Counted from the stretch's first letter, positions 43,050 to 58,414 are shown. The stretch: 64,000 nt of DNA from Eledone cirrhosa (GCA_964016885.1 OZ024741.1:136214001-136278000), one strand, 5' to 3'. The notes: generated by a model not told the origin, from the sequence alone. Made by a program: numbers and translations.

Positions 43050-43172
43050 GATTTCTCCCGAATGAAACAGTTCTCGTCCTGTAGAAGCCTTTTCAATATT
43101 AAATAGTTATACTCTACTATGTATTGAGTACATTAATTACTGTAGTTACCCCCGATTGAACCCGGGATAAAC
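43050..43172 (+). mobile_element. Family E mini-PLE fragment (hammerhead 3' half plus tail)
   Basis: gaat GAAA cag-ttctcgtc-ctg TA gaagc, then a tail homologous to 49005-49087. Confidence 0.7.
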
Positions 43173-43250
43173 TTCACTCTCTCTCTCTCTCCACATGAAA
43201 CTAATATAAATTTGTTTGTACTGCCTCTGTTTTCGTGACCGTTCCAGTAT

Positions 43251-43288
<38 letters not shown>

Positions 43289-43699
43289 TGAGTGAAAGGA
43301 TAGCTATCCAATATCAAAACACATGTAAAAATCTAATATGACAAGATATTTGCCACGAAACCCTCGGCCAGCTCTGATAAGTATTGATGGAATAATGGTA
43401 TATATTGCTATATATTGGTGTATATTTGTAAAGAAATATTGTTAAACACGTGTTTGAAACTATATGGAGTACAAGGTAGTGGTTGAGATCCAACATTTAC
43501 AAGATAACATCTCTGATTTGTTAATATGAGTTAGTAGGTTCAATTCATATAGGATATAATAGTAGATCATCTTATAAGCATGGGAAGTGTTATCACAACA
43601 TTATTATCTTCCTCTTAATGGGATCTAATGAGCTGTTTCCGCTTAGCATGAATAGATGGATGTGTTTTTGAGTGTTTTATACACACACACACACACACG

Positions 43700-43799
<100 letters not shown>

Positions 43800-44095
43800 T
43801 GTATATATACATATGTTTTGTGCGTGTGTACATGCATGAATAGGAATACATACAAACTCAACACACTCACATGTATGTATATATATATATATATATTATG
43901 TATATATTAATTTATATACAAATGTGTGGTGCATGCATACATGTTATTGAATCCTTCAATAATTTACCGTGATTATTGAGAATGACTGACAGGTAGTGAA
44001 ACATGGATGGTGGGGGCAGGAGTAACTAACCATGTTTGTGTGTTGTGGATATATATTACATTACAGTGTCTGCTATTGCGACACATAGCTAACCA

Positions 44096-44136
<41 letters not shown>

Positions 44137-44139
<3 letters not shown>

Positions 44140-44197
44140 CCAGAAATAGACGTCGAAACGGCTTGAGCTCTGCCGCCGGGGTCTTGAACATTTTCCT

Positions 44198-44198
<1 letters not shown>
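44137..44198 (+). mobile_element. Family B solo arm in (TA)n
   Basis: ccagaaatag.cgtcgaaacggcttgagctc..cggggtc..ttcc-(TA)n. Confidence 0.8.
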
Positions 44199-44234
<36 letters not shown>

Positions 44235-44600
44235 AAATATTAAACAAATAATGAATAAACAATTCCTTATATTAAACAAAAAAAGTTCATTATTTAACGA
44301 TCGTTTCTAGGATATATATGTGTTAGAATTGGCATGCATATTCAACAGATCTATGTACAAAATTATACAAAATTATACAAACTATCAAGATTAAATATAC
44401 ATACCAACACATATATACGCCGTCTTCATATATATATATATAGATATATAGAAGTTACCACTTTTACCTAACTCGTCCCATGGACTGAGTGCTCTACCAC
44501 TACGGATATTACCTTCGAGTGTTCTACCTCACTATATATATATAGGGAAGGAGTCAGGACCCCGACAGACCTCAGGTCATCTCGACAGCTAGATCCGAAC

Positions 44601-44695
<95 letters not shown>

Positions 44696-44822
44696 GCAAT
44701 CACTTTAGGACCTTTGAGGTGTTTTATGAATTCTTTGAATTTATGTAAACTAGTCTGAAAGTTTTCCTGGGTAAAAAGATGTCCAGCGTCATAAATGGGA
44801 CATCAACTCGAAGTTTCCAAAA

Positions 44823-44860
<38 letters not shown>

Positions 44861-45047
44861 TATACACACACACACACATACACACACACACATACACACA
44901 CACACACATATATATTATATATATATACTGTATGTATATATAGTGTATGTGTAGATATATGTACATACATACATATGAATATGACTAAATATATGTGTGT
45001 AACTGTATATATCTATATGCATATATACGTGTGTTTATATATGTATG

Positions 45048-45113
<66 letters not shown>

Positions 45114-45143
45114 TACATACATACATATATATATGAATATTTG

Positions 45144-45194
<51 letters not shown>

Positions 45195-45295
45195 ATGAAT
45201 ATATGTATCAATATATGTATGTATATATATATGAATATATGTATGAATATATGTATGTATATATATATGAATATATGTATGTATACATATATTTA

Positions 45296-45335
<40 letters not shown>

Positions 45336-45357
45336 TACATATATATATGAATATTTG

Positions 45358-45400
<43 letters not shown>

Positions 45401-45474
45401 ATGAATATATGTATGAATATATGTATGTATATATATATGAATATATGTATGTATATATATATTTATGAATATAT

Positions 45475-45509
<35 letters not shown>

Positions 45510-45620
45510 CATATATGTATATATATATATATATATATTTATGAATATATATATATATATACACATATATGTTTATACATCCATATATATATGAATATAT
45601 ATATATGCATATATACGAGC

Positions 45621-45672
<52 letters not shown>

Positions 45673-45694
45673 TTTTACACATATGTCAGCATAT

Positions 45695-46002
45695 TTATGA
45701 ATCCGTTGGAGGCAGCCTTCCCTGATTGACATCCACGGCTTCCTACTTTTTGGCCACGTGGGGCCGTGGTGTCGGGTCCGATCCCTTGGCTGCCCTCTAG
45801 TTCTTCTCCACTGCATTGGTGTCCACTCAGTCACTCTAATAGTCCACCTGTTGTCTCCAGGATGAGAGAACTGGCCATCCCATCCATGTCTGCTCTTCTT
45901 GATGGTCTCGATTATGTCCTTTATGCAAGTTTGATGTCAATCCTGGCGTGCCTGTCCCGTAAGGTGATGGCGAGCATGATTCACTCCATTTTACCTTCCT
46001 GT
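45695..46002 (-). pseudogene. RTE-clade LINE 3' end between TA arrays
   Basis: Across frames: [53 protein letters not shown]. Confidence 0.85.
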
Positions 46003-46027
46003 CAATATAAGAGCCTATGCATATATT

Positions 46028-46142
<115 letters not shown>

Positions 46143-46281
46143 ATGTATGTATGTATGTCTATGTACATGCGGGTGTGTGTAGATATATATGTATTTGTGT
46201 GAAGGCTCGTTGTTCAGTAGTGGTAGAGTTGGATTCATAATCGTATATATATATATTTAATATATGTGTGTGTAAGTATAA

Positions 46282-46341
<60 letters not shown>

Positions 46342-46440
46342 ATTTTCATACATATATGTCAAGAGACGAAGGAATCGTTGAATCGTCGATGACACTGTCA
46401 CCTTTTTTCAAAATAAATGAAAATGTGTGTGTAAGTATAA

Positions 46441-46514
<74 letters not shown>

Positions 46515-47479
46515 ATTTTCATACATATATGTCAAGAGACGAAGGAATCGTTGAATCGTCGATGACACTGTCACCTTTTTTCAAAATAAATGAAAATAAT
46601 GCCTACTCTCTGCTCAAATGTATTGTGTATCTATTCAGTTAATCTTTTAACTTTCTGCATACTTTTACATAAAACTCATGCTTCATTTACTCTCTCTCAC
46701 TCTCTCTCTCTCTCTCTCTCTCTCTCCCCCCCCCTCTCTCTCTCTCTCCAGTGGCGTTGCACATTTATAGTTATATAAATAACAACAAATACGTGATGAC
46801 AACATACATGTATCAGAGTTGTCTAACTTATAAGTGTCTTGGTTCTCGAATTAGGTCATCCATGCCACTATGGATATTGTGCAAAACTATACATAAAATG
46901 CACGCATATATTTATATATGTTTACATATATGGACATGTCCGTAAATTCATAGCCCTAATTACTTTTGCAAGTGATTGCGTCAGTTCTTTAATCAACACA
47001 TTACCCTGCTCATTTAATTAACTTGTAATTGACTGAGCATTGACATGCGTACTGATAATGTAATTCACACTGGGATTCTATATGATACATATATGACGAT
47101 GCTGGCTCTTTGATTTTAAAGCAAAGTCCATGTTTCTTTTTGTATTAAATGTAACTAAGCGCTATTGACACGTGCAGCCTTAGTAAAGATTCTCACCAAA
47201 CTGGCCATTTCAATTTCCAGGTATAAATTTGTATATGTCTTACTGGATTACATAGAGCAGCTTATAGTAAAGTGTTTTCAAAGAAAATCCGCATACAGTT
47301 ATTGAAATCAAGAGTTCATATACCTGATACAACTAATTGTAGGCATACACTGGGTGTCACTTCGGCAGTAAAAGTTGTGAACATTTTGTTTCTTTGCCCT
47401 TAACACTCTAGATTAAGTTATGGCAAACTTGACTTCGGGCTAAGGCTCGTCACACTTACTATTTAATGTGTATCAAAAC

Positions 47480-47646
47480 GTCAATTGACAAATACCTCCA
47501 GAAAATCCCGGATAGAAATCCGTAAACAATAACTCTCTACTTGAATGGGCCATAGTGTCTAAATCCTGATTTGAAAGACTTCGCGAGGTGATGCGATTTA
47601 GTTAGACATGGTCTGGACCAATACTGGCCGAAACCTATCAAACCTA
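47480..47646 (+). mobile_element. 3' end of a CR1/L2-like LINE (same family as 50491-51120)
   Basis: Shared ccgtaaacaat.actctct.ct.ga.tgggccat and ccaatactggccgaaacctatcaaa terminus. Confidence 0.8.
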
Positions 47647-47862
47647 TATATATATATCTATATATATATATAATTATAATATAACAGGATGCTGGACAGG
47701 TGTAATTCCATAAAGGAACATTTCAATGAGCGGGCTCAGCATGAATGCGGTGACATCATCAGGTATTCGAACTTTAACAAAGGACACAATCCATGGCGCT
47801 GAAAAGGCAGAGAGAAGAGAAGGCGGCCAAAAAATTAGCAGTTGCCAGTCTGGTTGGCCGCC

Positions 47863-47917
<55 letters not shown>

Positions 47918-48178
47918 AAGAAGAAAGGCAGTAAGGAAGTACGCGCGTGTGTCTACAAAATGGCGACCGCAATTAGAAAGTTGTATAAGATTTCACTGTA
48001 ACATTGACTAAATAAAATAGTGTAATAGTAACTGGCTGTCTAAACCCCCTGAACGGAAAATAGATGGCCATCAGCACCCATGTGTTGATGCTGTTCTTTT
48101 GCCGTACAGATGTTTATACACCCGATACTATTCGAGTATATATAAATATATGCATGTGTGCATATATGTATGTATGCA

Positions 48179-48217
<39 letters not shown>

Positions 48218-48219
<2 letters not shown>

Positions 48220-48302
48220 CTTTCACCGTATTTTTGACAACTGTCTTTAGTAAAAAATGCGGTGAAAGCTATTCTAACTTGCCCACTGTTTCAAAAACTT
48301 AC
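48218..48302. mobile_element. Small TA-embedded fold-back fragment
   Basis: agctttcaccgtattttt ... aaaaatgcggtgaaagct inverted repeat; the helix followed by GAAA resembles hammerhead stem II. Confidence 0.55.
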
Positions 48303-48541
48303 TTATATATATATATAAGTATATATATATGTATATATAAGTATATATGTAATAATGTATATATATATATGTATGTATATAAGTATATATGTATATGTAT
48401 GTATATAAGTATATATGTATATATATATATATATAAGTATATATGTATATATATAAGTATATATGTATATATATATATAAGTATATATATATATATATAT
48501 ATATATATAAGTATATATGTATATATATATATATATAAGTA

Positions 48542-48576
<35 letters not shown>

Positions 48577-48660
48577 CTACATGTATGTATATATATATAG
48601 CTACATGTATGTGTATATATATATATATATGTATATATATGTATGTATATATATATACAT

Positions 48661-48694
<34 letters not shown>

Positions 48695-48719
48695 ATGTAT
48701 GTATATATATATATATACA

Positions 48720-48759
<40 letters not shown>

Positions 48760-48761
48760 TG

Positions 48762-48795
<34 letters not shown>

Positions 48796-48857
48796 CATAT
48801 ATACATATACATATATGTATATATATACATATATGTATATATATATGTATATATATA

Positions 48858-48878
48858 CGTAGAAGCTCCTTCTATACA

Positions 48879-48945
<67 letters not shown>

Positions 48946-49090
48946 ATAGAAGGAGCTTCTACAGGACTAGTACTGTTTCATTCAGATGAAATCTTCAGGA
49001 AGCTCCTTCTATACAATAAATATATTTTACTCTGCCATGTATTGAGTACCTTACTTACTGTGGTTATCCCCGACTCAACCCGGGACCTAC

Positions 49091-49091
<1 letters not shown>
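48858..49091. mobile_element. Family E fold-back mini-PLE
   Basis: gaagctccttctatacaat occurs three times (48862 +, about 48941-48959 -, 48999 +), interleaved with TA; tail homologous to 43085-43170. Confidence 0.8.
48954..49004 (-). ncRNA. Type I hammerhead ribozyme motif (family E)
   Basis: Minus strand: agcttc CTGAAGA tttcatctgaat GAAA cag-tactagtc-ctg TA gaagct; 6-bp stem I, paired stem III, GUA triplet. Confidence 0.82.
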
Positions 49092-49134
<43 letters not shown>

Positions 49135-49178
49135 AAGTTAAATAAAAGTCAAATGATTAAAATTTAGCTTCGTTTATT

Positions 49179-49233
49179 ACTGCTATATATATTTCAGTGA
49201 CAGCCATCTTTGGCTGTGACCTCTTCAGGCAGT
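49179..49233 (-). ncRNA. Minimal hammerhead (family A, left arm)
   Basis: Mirror image of 49464-49518. Confidence 0.8.
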
Positions 49234-49463
49234 TTGAATTAGTATGGTATAGACAAGTACATATGTTGTTTAGGTGTATGATATTGTCAATACTCTGATA
49301 TGCCCAGTTCCTTGTTGGGTTGTTAATTCACTGGGGAACTGGAGTCATATGACTCCAGTTCCCCAGTGAATTAACAACCCAACAAGGAACTGGGCATATC
49401 AGAGTATTGACAATATCATACACCTAAACAACATATGTACTTGTCTATACCATACTAATTCAA

Positions 49464-49518
49464 ACTGCCTGAAGAGGTCACAGCCAAAGATGGCTGTCAC
49501 TGAAATATATATAGCAGT
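49464..49518 (+). ncRNA. Minimal hammerhead (family A, right arm)
   Basis: Same sequence as 2314-2368. Confidence 0.8.
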
Positions 49519-49660
49519 AATAAACGAAGCTAAATTTTAATCATTTGACTTTTATTTAACTTTATTTTACACTACTCCCGAGTAACCAAACCAACCTGCG
49601 CACTTCGTCGAGTGCTCCAGCCTGCACACTGAGGTGTTGGTATACAACCAACATAAACTC

Positions 49661-49747
<87 letters not shown>

Positions 49748-49903
49748 TGTATATATATATATATACATATATGTATATATATATATATATATACATATAT
49801 GTATATATATATATACATATATGTATATATATATATATATATACATATATGAATATATATATATATACATATATGTATGTATATATATATATATACATAT
49901 TTG

Positions 49904-49996
<93 letters not shown>

Positions 49997-50048
49997 GTAT
50001 ATATATACATATATATACATATATGTATATATATATATATATATATAC

Positions 50049-50103
<55 letters not shown>

Positions 50104-50407
50104 TATATATACATATATATATATATATACATATATATACATATATGTATATATATACATATATATACATATATGTATATATATACATATATATACATAT
50201 ATGTATATATATACATATATATACATATATGTATATATATACATATATATACATATATGTATATATATACATATATATATATATGTATATATATACATAT
50301 ATATATATATATGTATTTATATACATATATGTATATATATGCATATATATATATATATGTATATATATATACATATATGTATATATATATATATATATAC
50401 ATATATG

Positions 50408-51224
<817 letters not shown>

Positions 51225-51557
51225 GTTTATATATATGTATATATATATGTATATATATATGTATATATATATATGTATATATATATATGTATATATATAT
51301 ATGTATATATATATATGTATATATATATGTATATATATATATATACATATATATATGTATAAACATATATGTATATATATATGTGTGTAGATATATATAT
51401 ATATATATATATAGACATGTGTGTATATATATATATATAGGTGTATATATACATATGTATATATATATATATATATGTATGTATGTAGGCATATGCATGT
51501 ATATAATGTATATATGTATGTATATGCAGGTATATAATGTATATACGTATATATATT

Positions 51558-51642
<85 letters not shown>

Positions 51643-51942
51643 GTATATAATGTATGTATGTATATAACGTATGTATGTATATATATATGTATATGTGTGT
51701 GTATACATGTGTATATATATGTATATATATATGTATATATGTATATATATATATGTATGTATATATGTATGTATATTTGCGTGTATACATGTGTATATAT
51801 ATATATGAATATGTGTATGTATACATATATATATATATGTTTGTATATGTGTGTGTATACATATGTATATATATATATATTTATGTATATGTGTGTGTAT
51901 ACATATGTATATATATATATGTATGTATATGTGTGTGTATAC

Positions 51943-51974
<32 letters not shown>

Positions 51975-52103
51975 ATGTGTGTATACATATATATATATGT
52001 ATATGTGTGTGTATACATATATATATATATGTATGTATGTATATGTGTGTGTATACACATATATATATATATATATATATGTATATTATATGTGTATACA
52101 TAC

Positions 52104-52137
<34 letters not shown>

Positions 52138-52220
52138 ATACATATGTATATATATATATATATATATGTATGTATATATATGTTTGTGTATACATAGGTA
52201 TATATATATATATATATATA

Positions 52221-52395
52221 GTAATAATAATAAATGTGAAGACTAAAATCCCAATAGGGCTCGATAAGGATAGATATATAAGAATTTATTAAAATAACAG
52301 ATTAAAGTTTAAGCAAAGAATCGCTGCTTTCACCCTTAACGGGATTTTCCCATTAAGGGTGAAAGCTTAATCTTTAATCTGTTATTTTAATAAAT
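52221..52395 (-). mobile_element. Family C fold-back mini-element (3' end of PLE-1)
   Basis: Matches 19433-19495 and the reverse complement of 54968-55119; folds back at cccttaacggga..tcccattaagggtgaaagc. Confidence 0.8.
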
Positions 52396-52506
52396 ATATA
52401 TGTGTTTGTGTGTGTGTGTGTGTGTGTGTATCTGTATAAATATGTATGTATATATGTGTATATAAATCTAAATGTATCTGTATATACATGTGTGTATATG
52501 TATCTA

Positions 52507-52597
<91 letters not shown>

Positions 52598-52673
52598 GTG
52601 TGTGTGTGTGTGTGTGAATATGTAAATGTACCTGTAGATATATCTGTATATATATGTATGTGTATCTGTGTGT

Positions 52674-52719
<46 letters not shown>

Positions 52720-52942
52720 ATGTATGTATATATATATATATGTATATATGTGTTTGTATGTATATATATATATATATGTATGTTTATATGTATGTATAAA
52801 TATATATGTACGTATGTATACATGTATATGCATATATATATGTATGTATGAATATATATATATATATATATATAAATGTGTGTGTGATTATGTATGTGTG
52901 CGTATACATATATATATATATATATATATGTATGAGTGTCTA

Positions 52943-53014
<72 letters not shown>

Positions 53015-53015
53015 A

Positions 53016-53077
<62 letters not shown>

Positions 53078-53495
53078 CCACAATAAGGAAGAAAAGAGGT
53101 TGTAGCTGTCCATGCATGTATTTCTATATGGATAAAGTTCATACTAGTTATGTATAATAGGAATTTATAAACAGTTAATATATATTCAAATTGTCCCATT
53201 TTATCTCTGGTTTATATGAAGTCTTATGTTAGACGCTTCAGACAAGTAAGTCTATTCAGCTGATATGCAACGTAATGCTCCATTCAATACTTCAGCATGA
53301 TAATATTGTTTAACTAAAGAAATTTGAGTTAACGAGATATGTCATATCAATAGGTAACTATTCCGTGTACAGCTCTACATGTATATAGATGCACACACAC
53401 ACATATCTGCAAAGACAATCGCATATATAGGTGCATACACGCATTTACTAAAATAGACATACAACAACACAGATATGTATGAGTTCATTTTGCGA

Positions 53496-53551
<56 letters not shown>

Positions 53552-53880
53552 CTGTATATACACATAAACCTAAATAGAGATATGCATATAGATATGCATG
53601 TAAAGTTATGACTATATATATATATATATATGCATATATATATATATATATGTGCATATATATATATATGTGCATATATATATATGCATATATATATATA
53701 TATGCATATATATATATATATGCATATATATATTTATATGCATATATATATATATATATGCATATATATATATATGTGCATATATATATATATATGTGCA
53801 TATATATATATATGTGCATATTTATATATATATGCATATATATATATATATATGCATATATATATATATATATATATGCA

Positions 53881-53913
<33 letters not shown>

Positions 53914-54314
53914 GCATATATATATACTCAAAAATATATATGAATAGATGGATGGATAGATAATTAGGTATATAGGTATGTGGGTAGTTAGGTATGCAAA
54001 TAGATAGGTACCTAGATAGATCGATTGGTAGATAGATACGTAGGTAGATAGAAGAGTAGATAGATATCCTTGGATATTATGCTATATACACATGTAGATG
54101 GAATAAGAGTTGGTCAAAATATTGGTCGTCAATTGCTCCCCAGACATATTAATGTAATGACACCATCTATCAGACTATGAAAGACATGTGGGGACCCAGA
54201 TGTTAACGCAACTTAATGTCCCCTGTCTCAAACAAAGTTGTATCAGTTATTTCGCTCAACATGTCTGTTATATAAAAACATTTCTTATCTTCGCTGAATG
54301 TATATAACGTCCAT

Positions 54315-54903
<589 letters not shown>

Positions 54904-54950
54904 ATATGTATATATATATACATAGTTAGTTATATATACATATATATACA

Positions 54951-55119
54951 TAGTTAGTTTCAGAAGATCCCGTTAAGGGTGAAAGCAGCGATTCTTTGCT
55001 TAAACTTTAATCTGTTATTTTAATAAATATTTGCTCTACGGTTCTTATATATTTGATATATATTTATCTTTCTCGAGCCCTCTTTGGATTTTAGTCTTCA
55101 AATTTAATTATTATTACTA
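54951..55119 (+). mobile_element. Family C element with full tail (diverged fold-back relative at about 55376-55625)
   Basis: Reverse complement of 19433-19507 and of 52221-52345. Confidence 0.82.
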
Positions 55120-55194
55120 TATATATATTTGTATATATATATATATATATAAATATATTTATATATATATATGTCTACTTATGTATATATATGA

Positions 55195-55245
<51 letters not shown>

Positions 55246-55278
55246 TGTGTGTTTACATATGTATATATATGTGTGTGC

Positions 55279-55325
<47 letters not shown>

Positions 55326-55756
55326 AGTGTGTGTGTGTGTGCGTCTGTATATATATATATTTATATATATATATGAATAATAATAAATACAAAGACCAAA
55401 CTGAAGAGAGTACTCGATAAGGATTCTATATATATATATAACTATATATACATATGTAGAAACCAGTAGAGCAACTAATTATTATTATAACAGATCAAAA
55501 GTTTAGTTTGAAACAATTTCTCCTCTTTCCTTAAGCAGGATCTTTTTAATGTCACACACATATACTAGTTTCTGAAGAACCCTCTTCATTGTAAAGGCAG
55601 AAATTGTTTGCTTAAACTTTTATGTGATGGCTGCCCCCTCGTTATTCAGTATGGCCATTGCACGATATACAATTATTAATAATTACTAATTAATTCTATC
55701 GTGCAATGCCTGCACGATATATTTTTTAATGTGTGGAAAGACTGTGCACTGAGCCA

Positions 55757-56022
55757 ATCCCATTCTTTGAGCGACAGTAGCTATAACTCGAAAAGAAGCA
55801 AAGATCTACATCATCTGTAACCACTGAGCCGCAGGTTTTACGTTGGAGTTATCCCAGTTTCCGGAGTTACCTTCCCCTAGAAGAATGCCCTGACAAAGGC
55901 TAGGGGTCCTTCACTCCCAGTGATTTAACCGCGTGATCGGATATCCAGCCCGACTATTTCTATGTCCCCGCGCATACACATACACACATGCATATACATA
56001 TATACATATGCACATGTGTATG

Positions 56023-56097
<75 letters not shown>

Positions 56098-56263
56098 TGT
56101 ATATATATATATATATATATGGATGGCCTTGACTCTTATGAGTTCTTCCGCCCTTTGTCAGGTTTTGTTTTTTGTCCTGCAGGGTGTCCAAACCAACGAT
56201 CCGACCATGAGACACGTTGTACTGGGTTACATGCTACCAGTAGCACCCAACGGTGACCCGACG
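55757..56263 (-). mobile_element. Copy 2 of the repeat at 1-337, with an extra TA-rich segment
   Basis: Collinear homology on both sides of 55927-56119. Confidence 0.75.
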
Positions 56264-56775
56264 TAACACTTTTACATAGACATATGCATACATACATGCA
56301 TACATACATACATACATACATACATACATACATACATACATACATACATACATACATACATACATAACTCTCTTTAGTTATTTGACTGGAACCAAGCTGG
56401 GATGATCGAGTAGTTCAAAATGTCACTTTCCTAGTGACATTTTCTTTATCAAGTAATGCACATACTTGATTGATCCCTTATATAACCGAACCGCTAATCC
56501 ACGAAATATAAACCCAAATACACACGTAAACACACGTACACACATACATACACAGCCTCGGTATGCTACTTCTGCTTCACCATGCGTGCTTCACTATCTA
56601 TCTGTCATTCGCAATATCACAGCAAAGTATAGATAGAAGTATTAGATTAATACACTGAAACATTCAAACATGATTTTATATATATATATATATTCATTCA
56701 AGCGTTATGTCTTCATTGCAGTGTGTTATTAGCTTTGTTATTTCTGTTTATTTTTACACCCACACATACACACAC

Positions 56776-56806
<31 letters not shown>

Positions 56807-56981
56807 ACGAAGTAGGTGTGGTAAGGAACCAGATGGACCATAACGCACCAGAGTACTCAATATTTAGGGTTGTAGAGTGGGTAATAGGAAAATGTTTGAC
56901 CCCGACGGATATTTCCGGACTCCTATTCCAGAAATAGCCATCGAAACGACTTGAGCTCTGACGTCGGGGGTCAAACATTTT

Positions 56982-56984
<3 letters not shown>
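56807..56984 (-). mobile_element. Family B fold-back mini-element (diverged)
   Basis: Same tail as 4739-4817; inverted arms taggaaaatgtttgaccccgacg / cgtcgggggtcaaacattttccta around a tatttccgga-ctcctat-tccagaaata hairpin. Confidence 0.82.
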
Positions 56985-57026
<42 letters not shown>

Positions 57027-57512
57027 AATGATTTATTTGGTTTGTTGATTATTCAACAAACTTAATTTTACAACAGATTAGAAGCACTGAATAGATTTAT
57101 CTGTAGTGTCATTAATATCAATAATATTAATAAATGGGGAATATCTTTTTAAAACCATATTTATTTTATTATACGTATTTCAAAGGTACTAATATTTATA
57201 CGTATTTCAAGGGTACTAATATATATATATATAAATCATATGTAGTTGATGACTGAGTGAGAAAAGTACCCAATACCGAAGTTGAGTTTAAATTTCATTA
57301 AGGCGAAACACCAAAGTAACAAGAAACACTACATAACCCTAATAAAATGAATATATGTGTGTGTGCGCGCGCGTGTGTCTGTATCTGTGTGTGCGTTTGT
57401 CTGTGTGCGTGTCTGTCTATATTTGTTTGTGTTTATGTTAGTGTGTGTGTGCGTGTGTGATAATGTATAGAATACATAAAACTTTCCAATATAATACCGG
57501 AATATTACTAAT

Positions 57513-57780
57513 AAATGTTTCTACTTTTGGCACAAGGCCAGCAATTACCCCAGTGTATTACTGGTACTTTATTTTATCGACCCCATAAGGATGAAAAGCA
57601 AACTTAACCTAGGCGGGATTTGAACTCAGAATGGCAAGGGCCTTAACTCTATGCGTCAAAGCATGGCGTCCGACCCTCTACCGATACTGCCAATCTTACT
57701 AATAACTGCTTCTACGTTTGGCACAAGGCCAGTAATACCCCAATGCATTACTGGTACTTTATTTTATCGACCTCATAAGG
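57513..57780 (-). mobile_element. S1 SINE (57513-57695) plus a partial second copy (57704-57780)
   Basis: Matches S1; tactaataa flanks both copies. Confidence 0.88.
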
Positions 57781-58414
57781 CTACTAATAACGATACCGAA
57801 ATAGATAATAAATCCGTTATATTTAAACCTCTGTTGCTTCTTAAACTTTTACAGATGAAGAATTCGGTATAAAAAATATATTTTGTAATATGTTCATACG
57901 GAAGCTTCATTCAACATTTTTTCATCAAATAATCAACGCTAATTACGAACGCAATTAGATGTAGAGAATTTAGAAAGAAAAGTATTATAAATATAACTAA
58001 TAATATTGAATATACCTTGTGGTTAACCGGAGCGAATAAAGGCTCTGCATGTCAGCCAGCCTCGCTTTGTTGGGATGCATTTTGTCGCTATAGCACTCTC
58101 GTAAAATATCTCATATATATATAAATATATATACACATGCCTGCATACACGCACACGCATGCACACACATATATATATATAGAGGGACAGGCAGACATGC
58201 ATCAATTTCTGTATGTGTGTGGTTGAGTGTGTGCCTGTGTATGTTTGCTCATATGCATGTATATATATATGTGTGTGTATGTGTGTGTGTGGGTGTGTGC
58301 GTGCATATATATATATATAGTCATCTGCATATATATCTATACACACACACACACACATATATGTATATACATGTTTATTTGTGTGTATATATATATATAA
58401 ATATATATATACAA

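Larger units (their letters stand above)
49128..49669 (+). mobile_element. Family A fold-back mini-PLE: 442-bp palindrome plus about 100-bp tail
   Basis: Arms 49128-49348 and 49349-49569 are reverse complements with no spacer; the tail matches 2103-2201; TA on both sides. Confidence 0.92.

Noticed and set aside
47715-47770. CTGATGA...GAAA on the minus strand (also CTGATGA near 37629 + and 17877 -)
   Set aside because: Stems I and II cannot be formed convincingly.
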